Shown here piece after piece: positions 38,006 to 50,449 of a DNA stretch of 64,000 bases. The DNA is taken from assembly GCF_001194135.2 (NCBI RefSeq), contig NC_068993.1:5722225-5786224 (forward strand), written 5' to 3'. Source of the stretch: Octopus bimaculoides. Lineage: Eukaryota. A program made the position numbers and the translations under genes. The notes beneath the pieces were generated by a model. The model had not been told where the DNA came from, made no database searches, and saw nothing but the letters and a program-made list of their open reading frames with translations. Position 1 is the stretch's first letter, and each line of letters opens with the position of its first letter.

Positions 38006-38845
38006 TTTGTGTGGTTGTGTTGTGCCTGTTTCTACTCTGTATCTACTATGGCTGTACGCTAGTGTCCGTCATGTTAGCTCTCCAATCGTCACCAGATCCC
38101 TGCTTATTATTTAAAGCAAAATACAAGATTATAGCGTATAGCTTTATGTGTGATGTCACTGCTGTTTCGTCTATTTCTTCGAAAACACATAAAAGAAATT
38201 TATTACTGAGTCTAAAACTCGATACTAGCTCTCCTCTTTTCCTATTTGGTTTGCGGTGCAGCTGGTTATTTGTGATGTGATATTTCTCAGTGAAACACAA
38301 TGCGCATTGTTTACAAGCATTACTCAAATAAAAATGGCAATGCACAATACAACATTTAAAAAAAAATTGGAGCGTAGTATAGTTACATATTGGTTATATA
38401 AGGCCGAAGAATTAGAGTTGTTTCGGTGAATCCAAATGTCTTATCTTTGGTCCTATTATTTTGAAAATTCTGTGCTTATACAACAAAACGATTTTCCTCT
38501 TCCAGAAGAGGTTACAGATTCATTACCTTTTATATTGTCTATTAGAAAAGGTTAGATTAACTACCTTCTATATTTCCATTTAGTTTTATATTGCCTACTT
38601 GTCTATTAGTTACAGATTAACTGCCGTTTATATTGTCTATTAGTGGAAGTACTTCTTGTACGGACGGTAATTGTTTCGTCACAGATTATAGTTTTGTTGT
38701 TGCACAATGAATTGAACAGTTCATACTTCTCTTTCTACCTCTCTGTCTCGTGTATTTATGTTGTTGCTTGCGATGGGCGAGTTGTTTGCAATATTGTTGC
38801 TGATTTTAATATATATATATGTATTTATATGAATATATGTGTACG

Positions 38846-38877
<32 letters not shown>

Positions 38878-39945
38878 CATACATTTATGTCTGTATGTGT
38901 GTCGATCTCTACAATTGTCAGCTGTCTATCTAGCTAGCTAGCAATGTACGCATGTCTCAGTAAATTTAAAATTAATTACATTTGTTACAAAGCGAGAACT
39001 TCGTTTGTGGCAATCGGTGGGTTGTATCAAGTCATAAGGAATGTGAATGTAACTAAATATCATGCTGGACCTTAATCTACTCCTACCAACCCATTTAGCG
39101 GCCAGCATACAAGAATACAACACATACATAAGTAATATTCAGTATGCATAATTCCAGTACCATGCCTCTAATAAACCGGAATTCGTGAATCCTGTTCACT
39201 TTGGACAGTAGCCAGTACTTGGTAAGAAAATCTTCATAGCGTTCGCTTGATCAGATAAACCTTCGTGTCAACTAGACATACTTTTATTCCTGCGCTCCAC
39301 GAGCTTGTAAATTTTAAAACTGATAGCTTATCCTAATAACGAAGAGAACAAAATAATAAAAGTCAACAATAATAACAACAGACAAACTAGACTGTTCCTA
39401 TGCCGTGTCTGTTTTCACGTTACGTTTGTCGCTAATCTTGCACATGACCAAGTTGAACTGTTTTATTATTGGCTAACATGTAAATGATAGTGCAGCAGGT
39501 TGCCAATTATTGAGACACGAGACGGCTTTACTTCCTCGACAATATATTGATTAGTTCTCAACTAATAATACCTATTACATCTCGACAGGGGTGATTTTTT
39601 CTTTCTCTCGTTTTCTATCCAGTTCTCTGCCTGTCTTTCGGTCTGACTGTCTGTTTGTCTCTATCACCCTCTCTCTCTCTCACTTTTTCTCTCTGCTCTT
39701 CTTGCTCTCTCGCTTTCTCTCTCTCATTCTCCCTCTCTCTCTCTCTCATTCCATCTCTCTCTCTCTCATTCCCCCCTCTCTCTCTCTAATACACACAGTA
39801 AATTCAAGTTCTTTCTATCTCATCTCGTTATCAGAGGAAAGGTAAGAAAAAGGGACATGTTCATATATATACACACACTTAAATACGTATACATATACAT
39901 ATGAATGAGTGTGCATATATATCCATACATATGCATACACACAGA

Positions 39946-39979
39946 GAGCCGAATACCCTAGTCACTTAGTCACACGCTT
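39946..39979 (-). mobile_element. SINE family B, 5' head fragment
   Basis: GAGCCGAATACCCTAGTCACTTAGTCACACGC matches 15893-15912 and 47659-47686. Confidence 0.6.
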
Positions 39980-40360
39980 TCACATAGTTGAATGAGTAAC
40001 TATTCACAAGAATGGTGCCACAAATGAAGAACTTATGTAGGTTTGATAGATGATGTTAGATTCGATCCCTTGATGTTTCATACCGATGTTTGAGGTTTGT
40101 GGCTCAGACAGTATCGTATCTCATTTACAATGTCTTCTTTATGGTCTGGAAGGAAATAAAGCTGGAAGCTTGGAAGCATTGAAGAGAGTTTATTAAAAGG
40201 ATTATGGCACATTGAAGTCCAGACGTTAATGCCGCAAATGACGAGACTGCGTTCAGAAGAAGAAAGAAATTGTAAAATATTTGTGATGGGGAGAAGCCTG
40301 TGAAGGATACAGAATAACAGTTGACTGGTTTTGTTCTAAGATATAGATAGACAGATTAAG

Positions 40361-40409
<49 letters not shown>

Positions 40410-40450
40410 TAGATAAAGATAGATAGATAGATAAAGATAGATAGATAGAG

Positions 40451-40520
40451 ATAGATGGTTAGATGCAGAAAGATAGATGGTTAGATGCAGAAAGATAGAT
40501 GGTTAGATGCAGAAAGATAG
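40451..40520. repeat. 22-bp tandem repeat x3 inside a (GATA)n tract
   Basis: Unit GATAGATGGTTAGATGCAGAAA. Confidence 0.9.
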
Positions 40521-41227
40521 ACAGATAGGTGAATGCAGAAAAGTAGATAGGTGGATATAGAGAGAGAAAGAGAGAGAGGGAGAGGGAGAAGTACACAGAG
40601 AGAAGAGGAAAGGAGAGAGAAAGAGAGCGGGAGAGAGAGGAACACGGGAGGAGGGTTGCAGAGTGCGATAAAAGTATCTTGAAGACACTATATAGCAGTT
40701 GGTTGGCTTTACTATTTGAGAGAGAGTGGGAAGAGAGAGTGAGAAAGAGAGAGCCAATAGAGAGAGAGAGGGAGAGAGAGAGGAAGAGAGAGAGAGAAAA
40801 GAAAGAGCTTAGTGAGAGAGGGTAGAATGAGGGAGTAGACAGATAGAGATATGTAGAGAATGGGAGATAGGTAAAGAGTAGAGAGAGTGGAAAACGAGAG
40901 CGGAGGAGAGAGATAGAGAAAAAAAATGAGAAAAAGACAGAGAGAGAGAGAGAGACAGAGAAGAATAATGAGGATGTTGAGTGGAAAGGAAAAGTGTCAG
41001 GATCAGAGCCTCTTTTTTTTTTCTATCGAACCATCTGTTCCTGCCATAGTTTGTCTTCAATGAAATAAACAAACAAATAAAGATCTTACCAAGAGTTTAC
41101 AAAGAGCTCAATAAAACGCTAATCCCGGATTAAAATTCTAATCTGAAACACATGTTACTGATTGGGGCTTCTTTAGGCATATATATCAAGGGAAAAGATC
41201 GTCCATTGATTTTGTCCCTATATAAAT

Positions 41228-41392
41228 AATGGTTTGCGATTAAGACACAAAGCTAGCAATTTTAAGTTGGGTGGGTGTGGGGTGGGGGTAGGTCGATGAT
41301 ATCAACCTGATTGTTATTTATATTTTACCGACCCTGAAAGGGTGAAAGGCAAGCTTGACGATAACGATATTTGAACTCAGAACGTAAATAAA
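41228..41392 (-). mobile_element. SINE family A, partial and diverged
   Basis: ACCGACCCTGAAAGGGTGAAAGGCAAGCTTGAC...TTTGAACTCAGAACGTAAA. Confidence 0.8.
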
Positions 41393-41457
41393 TAATGTTT
41401 CTGATTTAGGTACAAGCCTCGTTGAGACAATAAATAATAATAATAATAATAATAATG

Positions 41458-41519
<62 letters not shown>

Positions 41520-41750
41520 TTATTTCTTTATTGCCAACAAGGAGCTAAACATAGAGGGGACGAACAAGGACAGACAAAGAGATTAAGTCAATTACATCGA
41601 CCTCAGTGCGTAACTGGTAATTTTAATCGACCCCAAAAGGATGAAAGGCAAAGTCGACCTCGGCAGAATTTGAACTCAGAACGTGAAGACGAACGAAATG
41701 CCGCTAAGCATTTTGCTCGGCCTGCTAACGATTCTCCCAGCCCACTGCCT
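41520..41750 (-). mobile_element. SINE family A, full length with an alternative 3' tail
   Basis: ATCGACCCCAAAAGGATGAAAGGCAAAGTCGACCTCGGCAGAATTTGAACTCAGAACG...GCTAACGATTCTCCCAG; the tail TTTATTGCCAACAAGG...GGACAGACAAAGAG differs from other copies. Confidence 0.9.
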
Positions 41751-41753
41751 CAA

Positions 41754-41805
<52 letters not shown>

Positions 41806-41806
<1 letters not shown>

Positions 41807-41965
41807 ATTCTTTCTAATTTTGGCACAAGGCCAGCAATGTTGAGGGGAGGGGCTAAGTCGATATCATCGCTTCTAGTATTTGACTAATACCAATACTGGA
41901 AATTATCGGTCCGGAAAGAACCAAAGGCAAATTTGACCTCGGTGGGGTTTGAACTCGGAATATAA
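41806..41965 (-). mobile_element. SINE family A, partial
   Basis: GGCACAAGGCCAGCAATGTTGAGGGGAGGGG...AAAGGCAAATTTGACCTCGGTGGGGTTTGAACTC. Confidence 0.8.
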
Positions 41966-41984
41966 ATATTAAAATGGTTTCTGT

Positions 41985-42108
41985 TTTTCTAGTTTAGGTA
42001 CAAGATCTTCAAATTTGACAGGAGGCGGTAATTCGATTATATCGACCCCAGCACATGACTGGTACTTTATTTTATCGATCCCGAAAGGATTAAAGGCAAA
42101 GTTGATCC
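41985..42108 (-). mobile_element. SINE family A, 3' half
   Basis: ATCGACCCCAGCACATGACTGGTACTTTATTTTATCGATCCCGAAAGGATTAAAGGCAAAGTTGA. Confidence 0.85.
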
Positions 42109-42144
42109 ATTTCTATTAGTTGTTTTCTCTGCTAATCTGTTTGG

Positions 42145-42310
42145 TGTATGTGTATGTTCATGTGTATATGTGTATGCGCGTGTGTATGTTCTTGTGTATA
42201 TGTGTATGCGCTTGTGTATGTTCTTGTGGATATGTGTATGCGCGTGTGTAAGTTTTCGTGTATATGTGTATGCGCGTGTGTATGTTCTTGTGGATATGTG
42301 TATGTGCATA
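42145..42310. repeat. 32-bp minisatellite, about 5 copies
   Basis: Unit TGTATATGTGTATGCGCGTGTGTATGTTCTTG with small variants. Confidence 0.9.
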
Positions 42311-42980
42311 TTATTGTCAACAACAGAGTTTGTTGGTCTTAAAATATATATCTTTAAATGAAAATGGATCGAGTTTTAAGATGGAAATTTGAAAATTAAT
42401 AGGAATGAGAAAAAAAAAAGCAAAACAGAAACAACAGCAACAACAACTTATAGTGGTGTTTTTTATTTGAAGGTCAACTGGGGTAATTGATTTTTGTAAG
42501 TGTAGCTGCAAATGTGTGTGTGTGCGCGTGTGTATGTGTGCTGGGGGTGACTGATGTATGTAACGTATGCATTGCTGTATATATATGTGTGTGTCTGTAC
42601 ACATACACACAATTATCAATGTCTATCTATCTATCTATCTATGCAAAACAGGGCTGGAACACAACAATGGATTTACAATGTAGAATGTCGATGAAATATA
42701 ACCTCGGATCTTATCACAAGAAGACTTGGAGTTCTTTACTAATCTAAACACTATTATTACATTGTTAGGCTGTTGTACTAACAAAGAGCTTAGAAAGTGT
42801 TTTGCCTTGATTGATAATCCATCACTAATAACTGTATATNNNNNNNNNNNNNNNNNNNNNNNNNNNNNNNNNNNNNNNNNNNNNNNNNNNNNNNNNNNNN
42901 NNNNNNNNNNNNNNNNNNNNNNNNNNNNNNNNNNNNNNNNNNNNNNNNNNNNNNNNNNNNNNNNNNNNNNNNNNNNNNNN

Positions 42981-43108
42981 TCACAAGGCTGTGGTCTGCC
43001 CGAGGCTATAGTAGAAGACACTTGCCCAAGTTACCATGCAGTGGGACTGAACTCGGAACCATGTGGTTGGGAAGCAAGCTTCTTACCACACAGTAACGCC
43101 TACATGCA
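42981..43108 (-). mobile_element. SINE family C, 5' part (rest lost in the gap)
   Basis: CCCGAGGCTATAGTAGAAGACACTTGCCCAAG...GGGACTGAACTCGGAACCATGTGGTTGGGAAGCAAGC. Confidence 0.88.
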
Positions 43109-44569
43109 TATATAAATATATATATATAAATATATATATATGTATATACACGCGCACACACACACGTACATACATACTAGCGACCTTTTGCGCATGTGTT
43201 CATGCGATTATGTGTGTGTGTGTGTGTGTGTTAATGTTTGCTCGTGTGAATGAAATGTCGAACTTAAACATGTTTTCTCACTTTTTGACTCTTACTCACA
43301 GTTTTCGTTTTAGCTTTATTATTTAAATCTCTCCTAACATCCTCTCTGTGTATCCGTCTTTCTCTTCTCTTCTTTCCTTAGGGCGATATTATAACTCCCA
43401 TTACGAGCGAGACTGCTTGTGTATGCGTGTCTAACCATTGTGTTGCCATATTCCCGTGTGTATGTGTGATTACGCGCAAATGATGTGTGTGAATTCATGT
43501 TTGCATGCATGTAACAATAGCTGAAAATAAAGGTTACTCTTAGTAAACATTATATATGATAGTTTTGTGTTATTTTGCAAAGATTCTGCTTTCAATCATC
43601 TCTTCTTCGCCCCCTCCCCTACATCCCACTCTACTTCACCTCATACACCATTCTCGTTCACTAATTTCATTTCCAAGCTCTAGTTTCTTATTCGCCATTT
43701 TGAAAACAAGAATTTTAGAAAAAACAAACAATTTTCATGCACTAACATGAAGAAGAATTTTTGCTTACGTGTATTAAAATACAATTTTACAGTTATTTAT
43801 AGATTCAGATAGAAAGAGACTTAGATACATGTTTTAATCTGACGACAGCGGAATCACTCACTAAACTGCAGATGGCGAACAACAGGCTACAGGAGGAAAA
43901 TCTAAGCACAGGAAAGATGGCTTCCTAATAGTGTCAGCAAACATACTGATTTTAAAAGCTTCTTTCCACCCCCATTCCGTAAAAACAACAAACAAGCAAG
44001 AAGAATGAATGAAGGGGAATGATAAAGAAAAATAGGGTGAATAATTTTCAGTGAAAAATAAAACCAAATATTGATTCTTTATATATCTTATTTTTTGCGT
44101 ATTTTGTTTTCTTTTTTCTTGTTGAAAACCAATTGTTATTTTAACATTATTGTTACAAATTTCTCTTGTGTGTACCAAGGCATTCAATGAATCAAGAATA
44201 ATCACTGCAAAGAGACTCTTTCTCTCTCTTTCTCTCTCTCCGCCTCGCTCTCTCTCTCTCTCTCTCCCACTACCATTATAATCTACTACAGTTACCATCA
44301 CCAACACGATAATCACAGTAACCACCACCACCACCGCCTCAAATAAGGCTACTAAATCAACACTTCAATTAGGATCGTGTTATGGATCCTAGAAAGCAGC
44401 ACGTTGATGATAATCGTAGTGTGTGTGCGTATGTGTGTGTGTGTGTGTGCGCGCACACGCGTATTGTTGTTAGTTGTCCCAAGTTAGCCTTAGTTAAGCT
44501 AACAAAAGTTAAAAAACATTCTAACCGTGATCAACACTTCTTTCTCTGGATCCTTTAATTTTGTTCCAA

Positions 44570-45445
44570 CTGATTTCAAATTTGGTGTATTGATGTAGTT
44601 TTATATGCTAATTATGGAAAGGAAATTCATTTTTAACATAAATTAATAGATATAATGTTAATAACTTTTAAAGTTTGCAAAGTTTAGGTACTTTCAGCCA
44701 ATGGTAACCACAGACATATTGATGCTTGTTTCCATAGCAACAAACCAAGCTGTTGTCTGTTTAGAACTGTTACGTCCACTATGTACCTATATTCTGAACT
44801 TTCGCTTTTGAATTTTCGCTACAAGAACAAGGATTAATTGTTTACATGAACTGAACTATTGTAATAAAATAACGTACAGTTTATTATTTTTGTAATTTTT
44901 CGCAAAAAAATTCCATTGAGGATTTTTCCTTTTTAAATTGTTTACAAGCCAATTCGAACGTTTGTTCTGCATTTTTTTTTTATCATACAGAAAAACTAAA
45001 TGGTCTTTTTTTGTTGCTGTCATGGTGTCTGAAATTTTAAGACTGTGAAAAATTTCAAATTTGGTATATTGGTATAATTTTTCACGCTGAATCCGATTTT
45101 GTTATTCACATGTTCTACAAAAGTTTTAGAAAAATGTTCACTAAAAATATGTTACTAATTGATTAGTTCCAAGTCATCCACTGGTCGGGCTGACCCTAAA
45201 CGCCAATCCTAAATCCTAAGTTTAATCCTAAAGCATAATCCTCACCATAAGCCTCAACACTAAACCCTAAATTTAACCCTGATGTTCCGCAAACTTTCGT
45301 TTCTGAATTTTCGCTATTAATTGTTTGTATGAAAAGAGTAGTATTATGTATAGTTTGTCCTTTTTTTGTAATTTTTTTCGCAAAAATAAATTCATTCAGG
45401 ATTTTTCCTTTATATAATATGCCTATTCCAACGTTTCACATGACT
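44570..45445. repeat. Diverged tandem duplication (period about 480-495 bp), probably a DNA-transposon relic
   Basis: TTTCAAATTTGGT[G/A]TATTG at about 44574 and 45053; AACTTTCG...GAATTTTCGCTA...TTTTTGTAATTTTT..CGCAAAA...GGATTTTTCCTTT at about 44797-44965 and 45292-45445. Confidence 0.75.
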
Positions 45446-45565
45446 TTATTCATTTAAATTTATTAAAACTTCAAAACTTTTTACAACTTTCGTCGTCGTA
45501 ATATATTGCTTTCATTTTGTTTAAGAGTTGTCAGGCAGAAAATGTCAGCTTCCAAATCCTGAAGA

Positions 45566-45643
45566 GCTCTGCGGAATTTGAACTCAGAACGTAAGCTCGG
45601 ACGATTTTTCACAGTGTTAGCCGTTCTGTTAGCTCACCGTCTT
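45566..45643 (-). mobile_element. SINE family A, 5' head
   Basis: GCGGAATTTGAACTCAGAACGTAAG...GTTAGCCGTTCTGTTAGCTCACCGTCTT. Confidence 0.8.
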
Positions 45644-45695
45644 ATAATAATAATAATAATAATAATAAGTAGTAGTAGTAGTAGTAGTAGGAGTA

Positions 45696-45840
45696 ATGGC
45701 TCTTAGGGCAAGGAAAGATTATCAGAAGGGTTTTGAGCACTTGGAAGATTATTAAAAGCTTGTGGGTATCTAAGATTACAGGTAGTAACCTGCTGCCCAC
45801 ATAAATTCTACCAGCAAAAAGAACAAACCCGAGTCAAATC
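45696..45840 (+). mobile_element. Probable 3' tip of a second R4/Dong-type family
   Basis: Reads LGQGKIIRRVLST, resembling the terminal LLGTAHILRKTLS of the 4198-4685 element, followed by a short UTR-like stretch; (TAA)n/(TAG)n before it and (CTA)n(TAA)n after it. Confidence 0.5.
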
Positions 45841-45883
45841 TACTACTACTACTAATAATAATAATAATAATAATACAGACAGA

Positions 45884-45921
<38 letters not shown>

Positions 45922-46640
45922 GAAAGGTAGATAAATGCGGCGGGGTGCATTTCGTTTTGACGAATTCATTTGGTTTCAAAGAAATATGTCTTCCAGGCAA
46001 AACTCTGAGACAGTTTCTGCAGTGTTTTAACCAAGTTAACGAGATCCAGCTCNNNNNNNNNNNNNNNNNNNNNNNNNNNNNNNNNNNNNNNNNNNNNNNN
46101 NNNNNNNNNNNNNNNNNNNNNNNNNNNNNNNNNNNNNNNNNNNNNNNNNNNNNNNNNNNNNNNNNNNNNNNNNNNNNACCCACACCCACACACACACACA
46201 CACACACACTTCCTCATCTGTTCAGAGAATCCATACAAGTGTTCTGGAAGCCGGCACAACAGGATTTTTATCTCAGAATCTGGAAGCTTCCATGTTTAGG
46301 TTACATGTGCAGCACGATGGAAGATAAATTAGCGACTTGGCTTGGGTTTCTCGTCTTTTCTCGACTCTTAATGGATGGTATTTCACTCAGACACAGTCAC
46401 AGAGTATGAATTAACCCACACACACATACACACACACACACACACATATATACAGACATATATATACCTATATATAAATATACATATACACACATACATA
46501 TGTATGAATGTATATGTATATATATATATATATATATAGAATACATATGTGTATGTGTTTACATATGTATACATATATATGTAAGCATAAATATATACAT
46601 ATGCATAGGTATATATATATGTGTGTGTGTGTATATGCAC

Positions 46641-46679
<39 letters not shown>

Positions 46680-47373
46680 ATGTATGTATATGTTACTCTG
46701 TGTATATATTCATACGTACTCTGACAATCACAAGCAAGCATGCAGAAACACATGCACACACATATATATATACACATGTGTGTACGTGTGTGGTTAAGCA
46801 GGTTAGAATATATACATATGTGTGTGTGTGTGTGTGTGTGTGTATTTATAGGCATGCGCATATCGGAGTGTGTGTAGATGAATGTGTTTGTATGTTATAT
46901 GTTAGTGTGTGAGCGTACATTATTTTGCAGAATTTAAAGCTAAAATGTTTGTAATTGCATGAAAAAAAAAGTTGTGAAAAACGAAAAATAAATAAATAAA
47001 TAAAATAAAATAAAAATAGGAATAAAAAATAAAAATAAAATTAAAAGAAAATCAATTAGACTGAATTCGGATTTAATCACGATGACGGTGATGATGATGA
47101 AAAATACACGAAGAAGCATAACAAGAAGAAGAAGAATATAGAGGGAAAATGAATTCGAAAGTAGAAATAAGAAACAGAGGGAGAGTGCATATTACATATA
47201 TACATATATATATGCATATATACATATACATACATATATACATTAAAAAGGTAGTACACATGTACTGGCTGATAGATACAGTAATTCCTACACACTGGTA
47301 CTGACACACAAAAACACACATATATTCAAATATATGTAAATATGCATATATATATAAATATATGTCTATAAAC

Positions 47374-47686
47374 AGGCACTCCGTCGGTTACGATGGCGAA
47401 CGTTCCAATTGACCCTGATCGACGGAACAGCCTGCTCGTGAAATTAACGTGCAACTGGCTGAGTACTCCATTGACATGTGTATCCTTAACGTTGTTCTCA
47501 GAGAAATTCAGTGTGACAGAATGTGACAAGGCTAGTCCTTTGAATTACAGGTACTACTCTCTTTTGCCAGGTGAGTGGACTGGAGCAAAGTGAAATAAAG
47601 TGTCTTGCTCAAGGACATATCACGCCGCCGGGAATTGAACTCACGACATTACGATTGTGAGCCGAATATTCTAACCACCAAGGCAC
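47374..47686 (-). mobile_element. SINE family B, full length
   Basis: GGCACTCCGTCGGTTACGATG...GTGAAATAAAGTGTCTTGCTCAAGGAC...GGGAATTGAACTCACGAC...GAGCCGAATATTCTAACCAC. Confidence 0.92.
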
Positions 47687-48195
47687 ATACATACATGCAT
47701 ATATATGTATATGTCTGTGTGTTGTAAGTATGTATTATATATAATGACAAAATGTTTACACTCACATGTAACATGCGTACACATGTATATATTTACATGC
47801 AGTTTCACAGACACACACATGCACGCACACCTACACACACACACATACACACGCGCATGCACAAACACACATATACACGTATTGTTATAAAACTTCACTT
47901 GCCTGACCTTTTTGTTATCGAAAAATAATCAGCCATATTTAATTTCAGATTCCAACAAAACGAGATAGAATCTTCTGATGAAATTCACACATGTTTACCA
48001 TAATGATGTTGGCAGATTGTCTTGAACTAAGAACGGTACTTTGCCCGTGAACATGATGCAACTCGTTCTTACATACAAACATCTACATACATACATAATA
48101 CATACATACATTCATAAATTTATAAATTATACACTTCAATTATGTAGTTTATATTACATATGTATTAGTATAGAAATGTAAAATATTTTAATATT

Positions 48196-48346
48196 TGTTG
48201 TGTCTGGGGAGAGTCATTCTCTTTTAGTGCGTCTTGCCACCTTTTCAATAGTTTAGAAAAATATAAAAAAAATAAGTAGAAATGTTACCGGTGAGTGTGT
48301 TAAATTATAAGGCACCAAAAGAGAATGACTCTCTCCAGACACGACA
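48196..48346. mobile_element. MITE-like element with 35-bp inverted repeats
   Basis: Left TGTTGTGTCTGGGGAGAGTCATTCTCTTTTAGTGC (48196-48230) against the reverse complement of 48312-48346; 3 mismatches; 81-bp AT-rich spacer. Confidence 0.8.
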
Positions 48347-48544
48347 GAATATGCTTCAACACATTCTATTTAATCGGCGAATCCTTTCCCCGCAAAGGTG
48401 CTGGCCTTGTACCTAAATTGGAAGCAAATGGGTTCGGGTTAACTTTGTTTTCTTTTCTCTTTCGGTTCTATAATAGAAGTACCAGTGCTATCTTGGTGTT
48501 GATTCGGCAGAATGTACTATTCAGAAATCGATAGTTATCAACAT

Positions 48545-48715
48545 GGAATAATCAATCACCAAGAAGCAGATCTATAAGATTAAAGACATTCCATCCATGA
48601 CCGTCTCGTCTTTTTTCCAGACTGCGTTATCAAATGTGAATTTTTATTTTTTAACACGGTAGGGAATTTGATTTGAAAGAGATTAAGCTGCTATTTCTAG
48701 TGACCAGTAGAGACT
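48545..48715 (-). mobile_element. Repeat family D, diverged
   Basis: GCAGATCTATAAGATTAAAGACATTCCATCCATGACCGTCTCGTCTTTT...GATTTGAAAGAGATTAAGCTGCTATTTCTAG. Confidence 0.65.
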
Positions 48716-49749
48716 TACACGTTGATCCACTGTTGCCGTTGTCGTTTTTTTTTTGTTACTGTGACTTTTGTTTTTGCTGCTGTTGTTGTTACTGTTGTTG
48801 TGTGCATATTTCTCGAGGTGGGAGGTATTTCTTTGTTTGTCCACGTCTCAGATGTAGCGGTGTGTGTGTGTGTGTATGTGTGTGTGTATGTGTGTGTGTG
48901 TGTGTGTGTCTGCGTATGGGTGTGTGGTGATGTTGCTGTTTCTACCAGCAGAATAAAGGCTTGATATCCTCCTCCTCATCATCATCATCATCGTCACCAC
49001 CATCATCATCATCGTTATCATTATCATTTTCACCATTCACTTTCCCTCTGTCTTTCTTTCTTTCTCCCTCTCCCCACCCCGTCTCTCTCTCTCTCCCTCT
49101 CTATCTCTCTCTCTCTCTGTCTCTCTCTCTCTCTGTCTCTCTCTGTCTCTCTCTCTCTCTCTCTCTCCCCCTCTCTCTCTCTCTTTTTCTCCCATTTTAT
49201 TCGGAGATCATCGTAAAAGAATCACCATAAAGCTCGGCAAAAATCCCTTTCAGAGATTTTCCTGTTCCAGTACTTTTTATTGCTTGGCTTTTGTTGGTTT
49301 TAACATTAAACGAGAACATGGCGGTCTTACTTTTTTTTTTCTTTTTAAGGCATGACGTGTGTATGTACATATGTATGTGTGTCAGTAACTATGCACGCAT
49401 ATATGTATACGCTCGCTTTTGTGTGCATGTATATCTATGTGTATGTATTCTTGGATGTTTGTCGGTTTCTTTCACTGAATGTATTACGGCAGTGTTGTAT
49501 GTATATGTGTGTTTGCGAGTTTGTTCCTTTCTTTTGTTCCTACATGGAAAGAGAAAAGATTTTAATCTTGATGATGGTGTAACACGTGATCACGAAAGAT
49601 TGTATTGGCGGCCATATTGAAATGTAATAAATACAAAAATATCTTTTGTTCAGTACATTCAGCAGTCTTATGTACACAAGTGGCTACATTACTAACTGTA
49701 ACTTATAAATTTCTTGATATCCAATGCCATACATCAACCGTAATTCTAT

Positions 49750-49880
49750 AGCTGGGGTCGTTAGAACGTCGGAGAAATTTCCTTGCGTTATTTGTTCCGC
49801 TTCTCCGTACTCTTGAGTTCAAATCACGACGTAGTCAACTTTACCTTTTAACCTTCTAGCGTTGATAAGATAAAGTTCCA
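49750..49880 (+). mobile_element. SINE family A, highly degenerate
   Basis: TCGTTAGAACGTCGG...GAGTTCAAATCACGACGTAGTCAACTTTACCTTTTAACCTT...GATAAGATAAAGT. Confidence 0.55.
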
Positions 49881-50084
49881 ACCCACTACCTGGGCTGGTT
49901 CTTCTATCTGTCTATCTGTCGTCTGTCTATCTCCATTTATCTATCGTCTGTTTGTCTAACTGTCTGTCTGCTGCGTATCTGCCTGTCAGTCTAACCTTTC
50001 AGAGTGGTTAAAGACCAGTTCAGTATCAGAACTGTATGATTCTTCCCTGTTTATTCATTTGTCTGTTAAGCTGTCTGTGTAGCC

Positions 50085-50312
50085 CTATGGTTCTCAACCA
50101 TTTTTCTAAATTTTGACCCTTTTTGATTCCTATTTTACTCGTGTGGACCCTCAAATCTTTTCCATCTGTAAAAAAAAATCTTATAGTATTTTTATAATTA
50201 AATATTATTAGGAATTATACTAAGAATTGTTAAAATATTTTTGGTATTGTAAAAATATAACCAATTTATTGTGGATAAATTGTAACAACAAAATCTTATA
50301 TGGAGCCCAGTT
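50085..50312. mobile_element. hAT-like non-autonomous DNA transposon relic
   Basis: Starts TATGGTTCTCAACC, close to the CAGTGGTTCTCAACC terminal repeat of hAT-Charlie-type elements; internal GACCC motifs; no matching right terminal repeat. Confidence 0.55.
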
Positions 50313-50449
50313 CAAATTCTGCCGAAGTCGACTTTGCCTTTCATCCTTTCGGGGCCGGTAAAATTAGTACCAGTTACGCACTGGGGTCGATGTAATCGAC
50401 TTAATCACTTCCCCCAAATTTGAGGCCTTGTGCTTCCATTAGAAGGGAT
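50309..50449 (+). mobile_element. SINE family A lacking the 5' head, followed by (ATT)n
   Basis: AGTTCAAATTCTGCCGAAGTCGACTTTGCCTTTCATCCTTTCGGGG...GAGGCCTTGTGC...AGAAGGGATTATTATT. Confidence 0.92.

Noticed and set aside
45940-46052. Peptide-like readings GKTLRQFLQCFNQVNEIQL (+) and ELDLVNLVKTLQKLSQSFAWKTYFF (-)
   Set aside because: Cut by a gap, too short, and not recognised on either strand.
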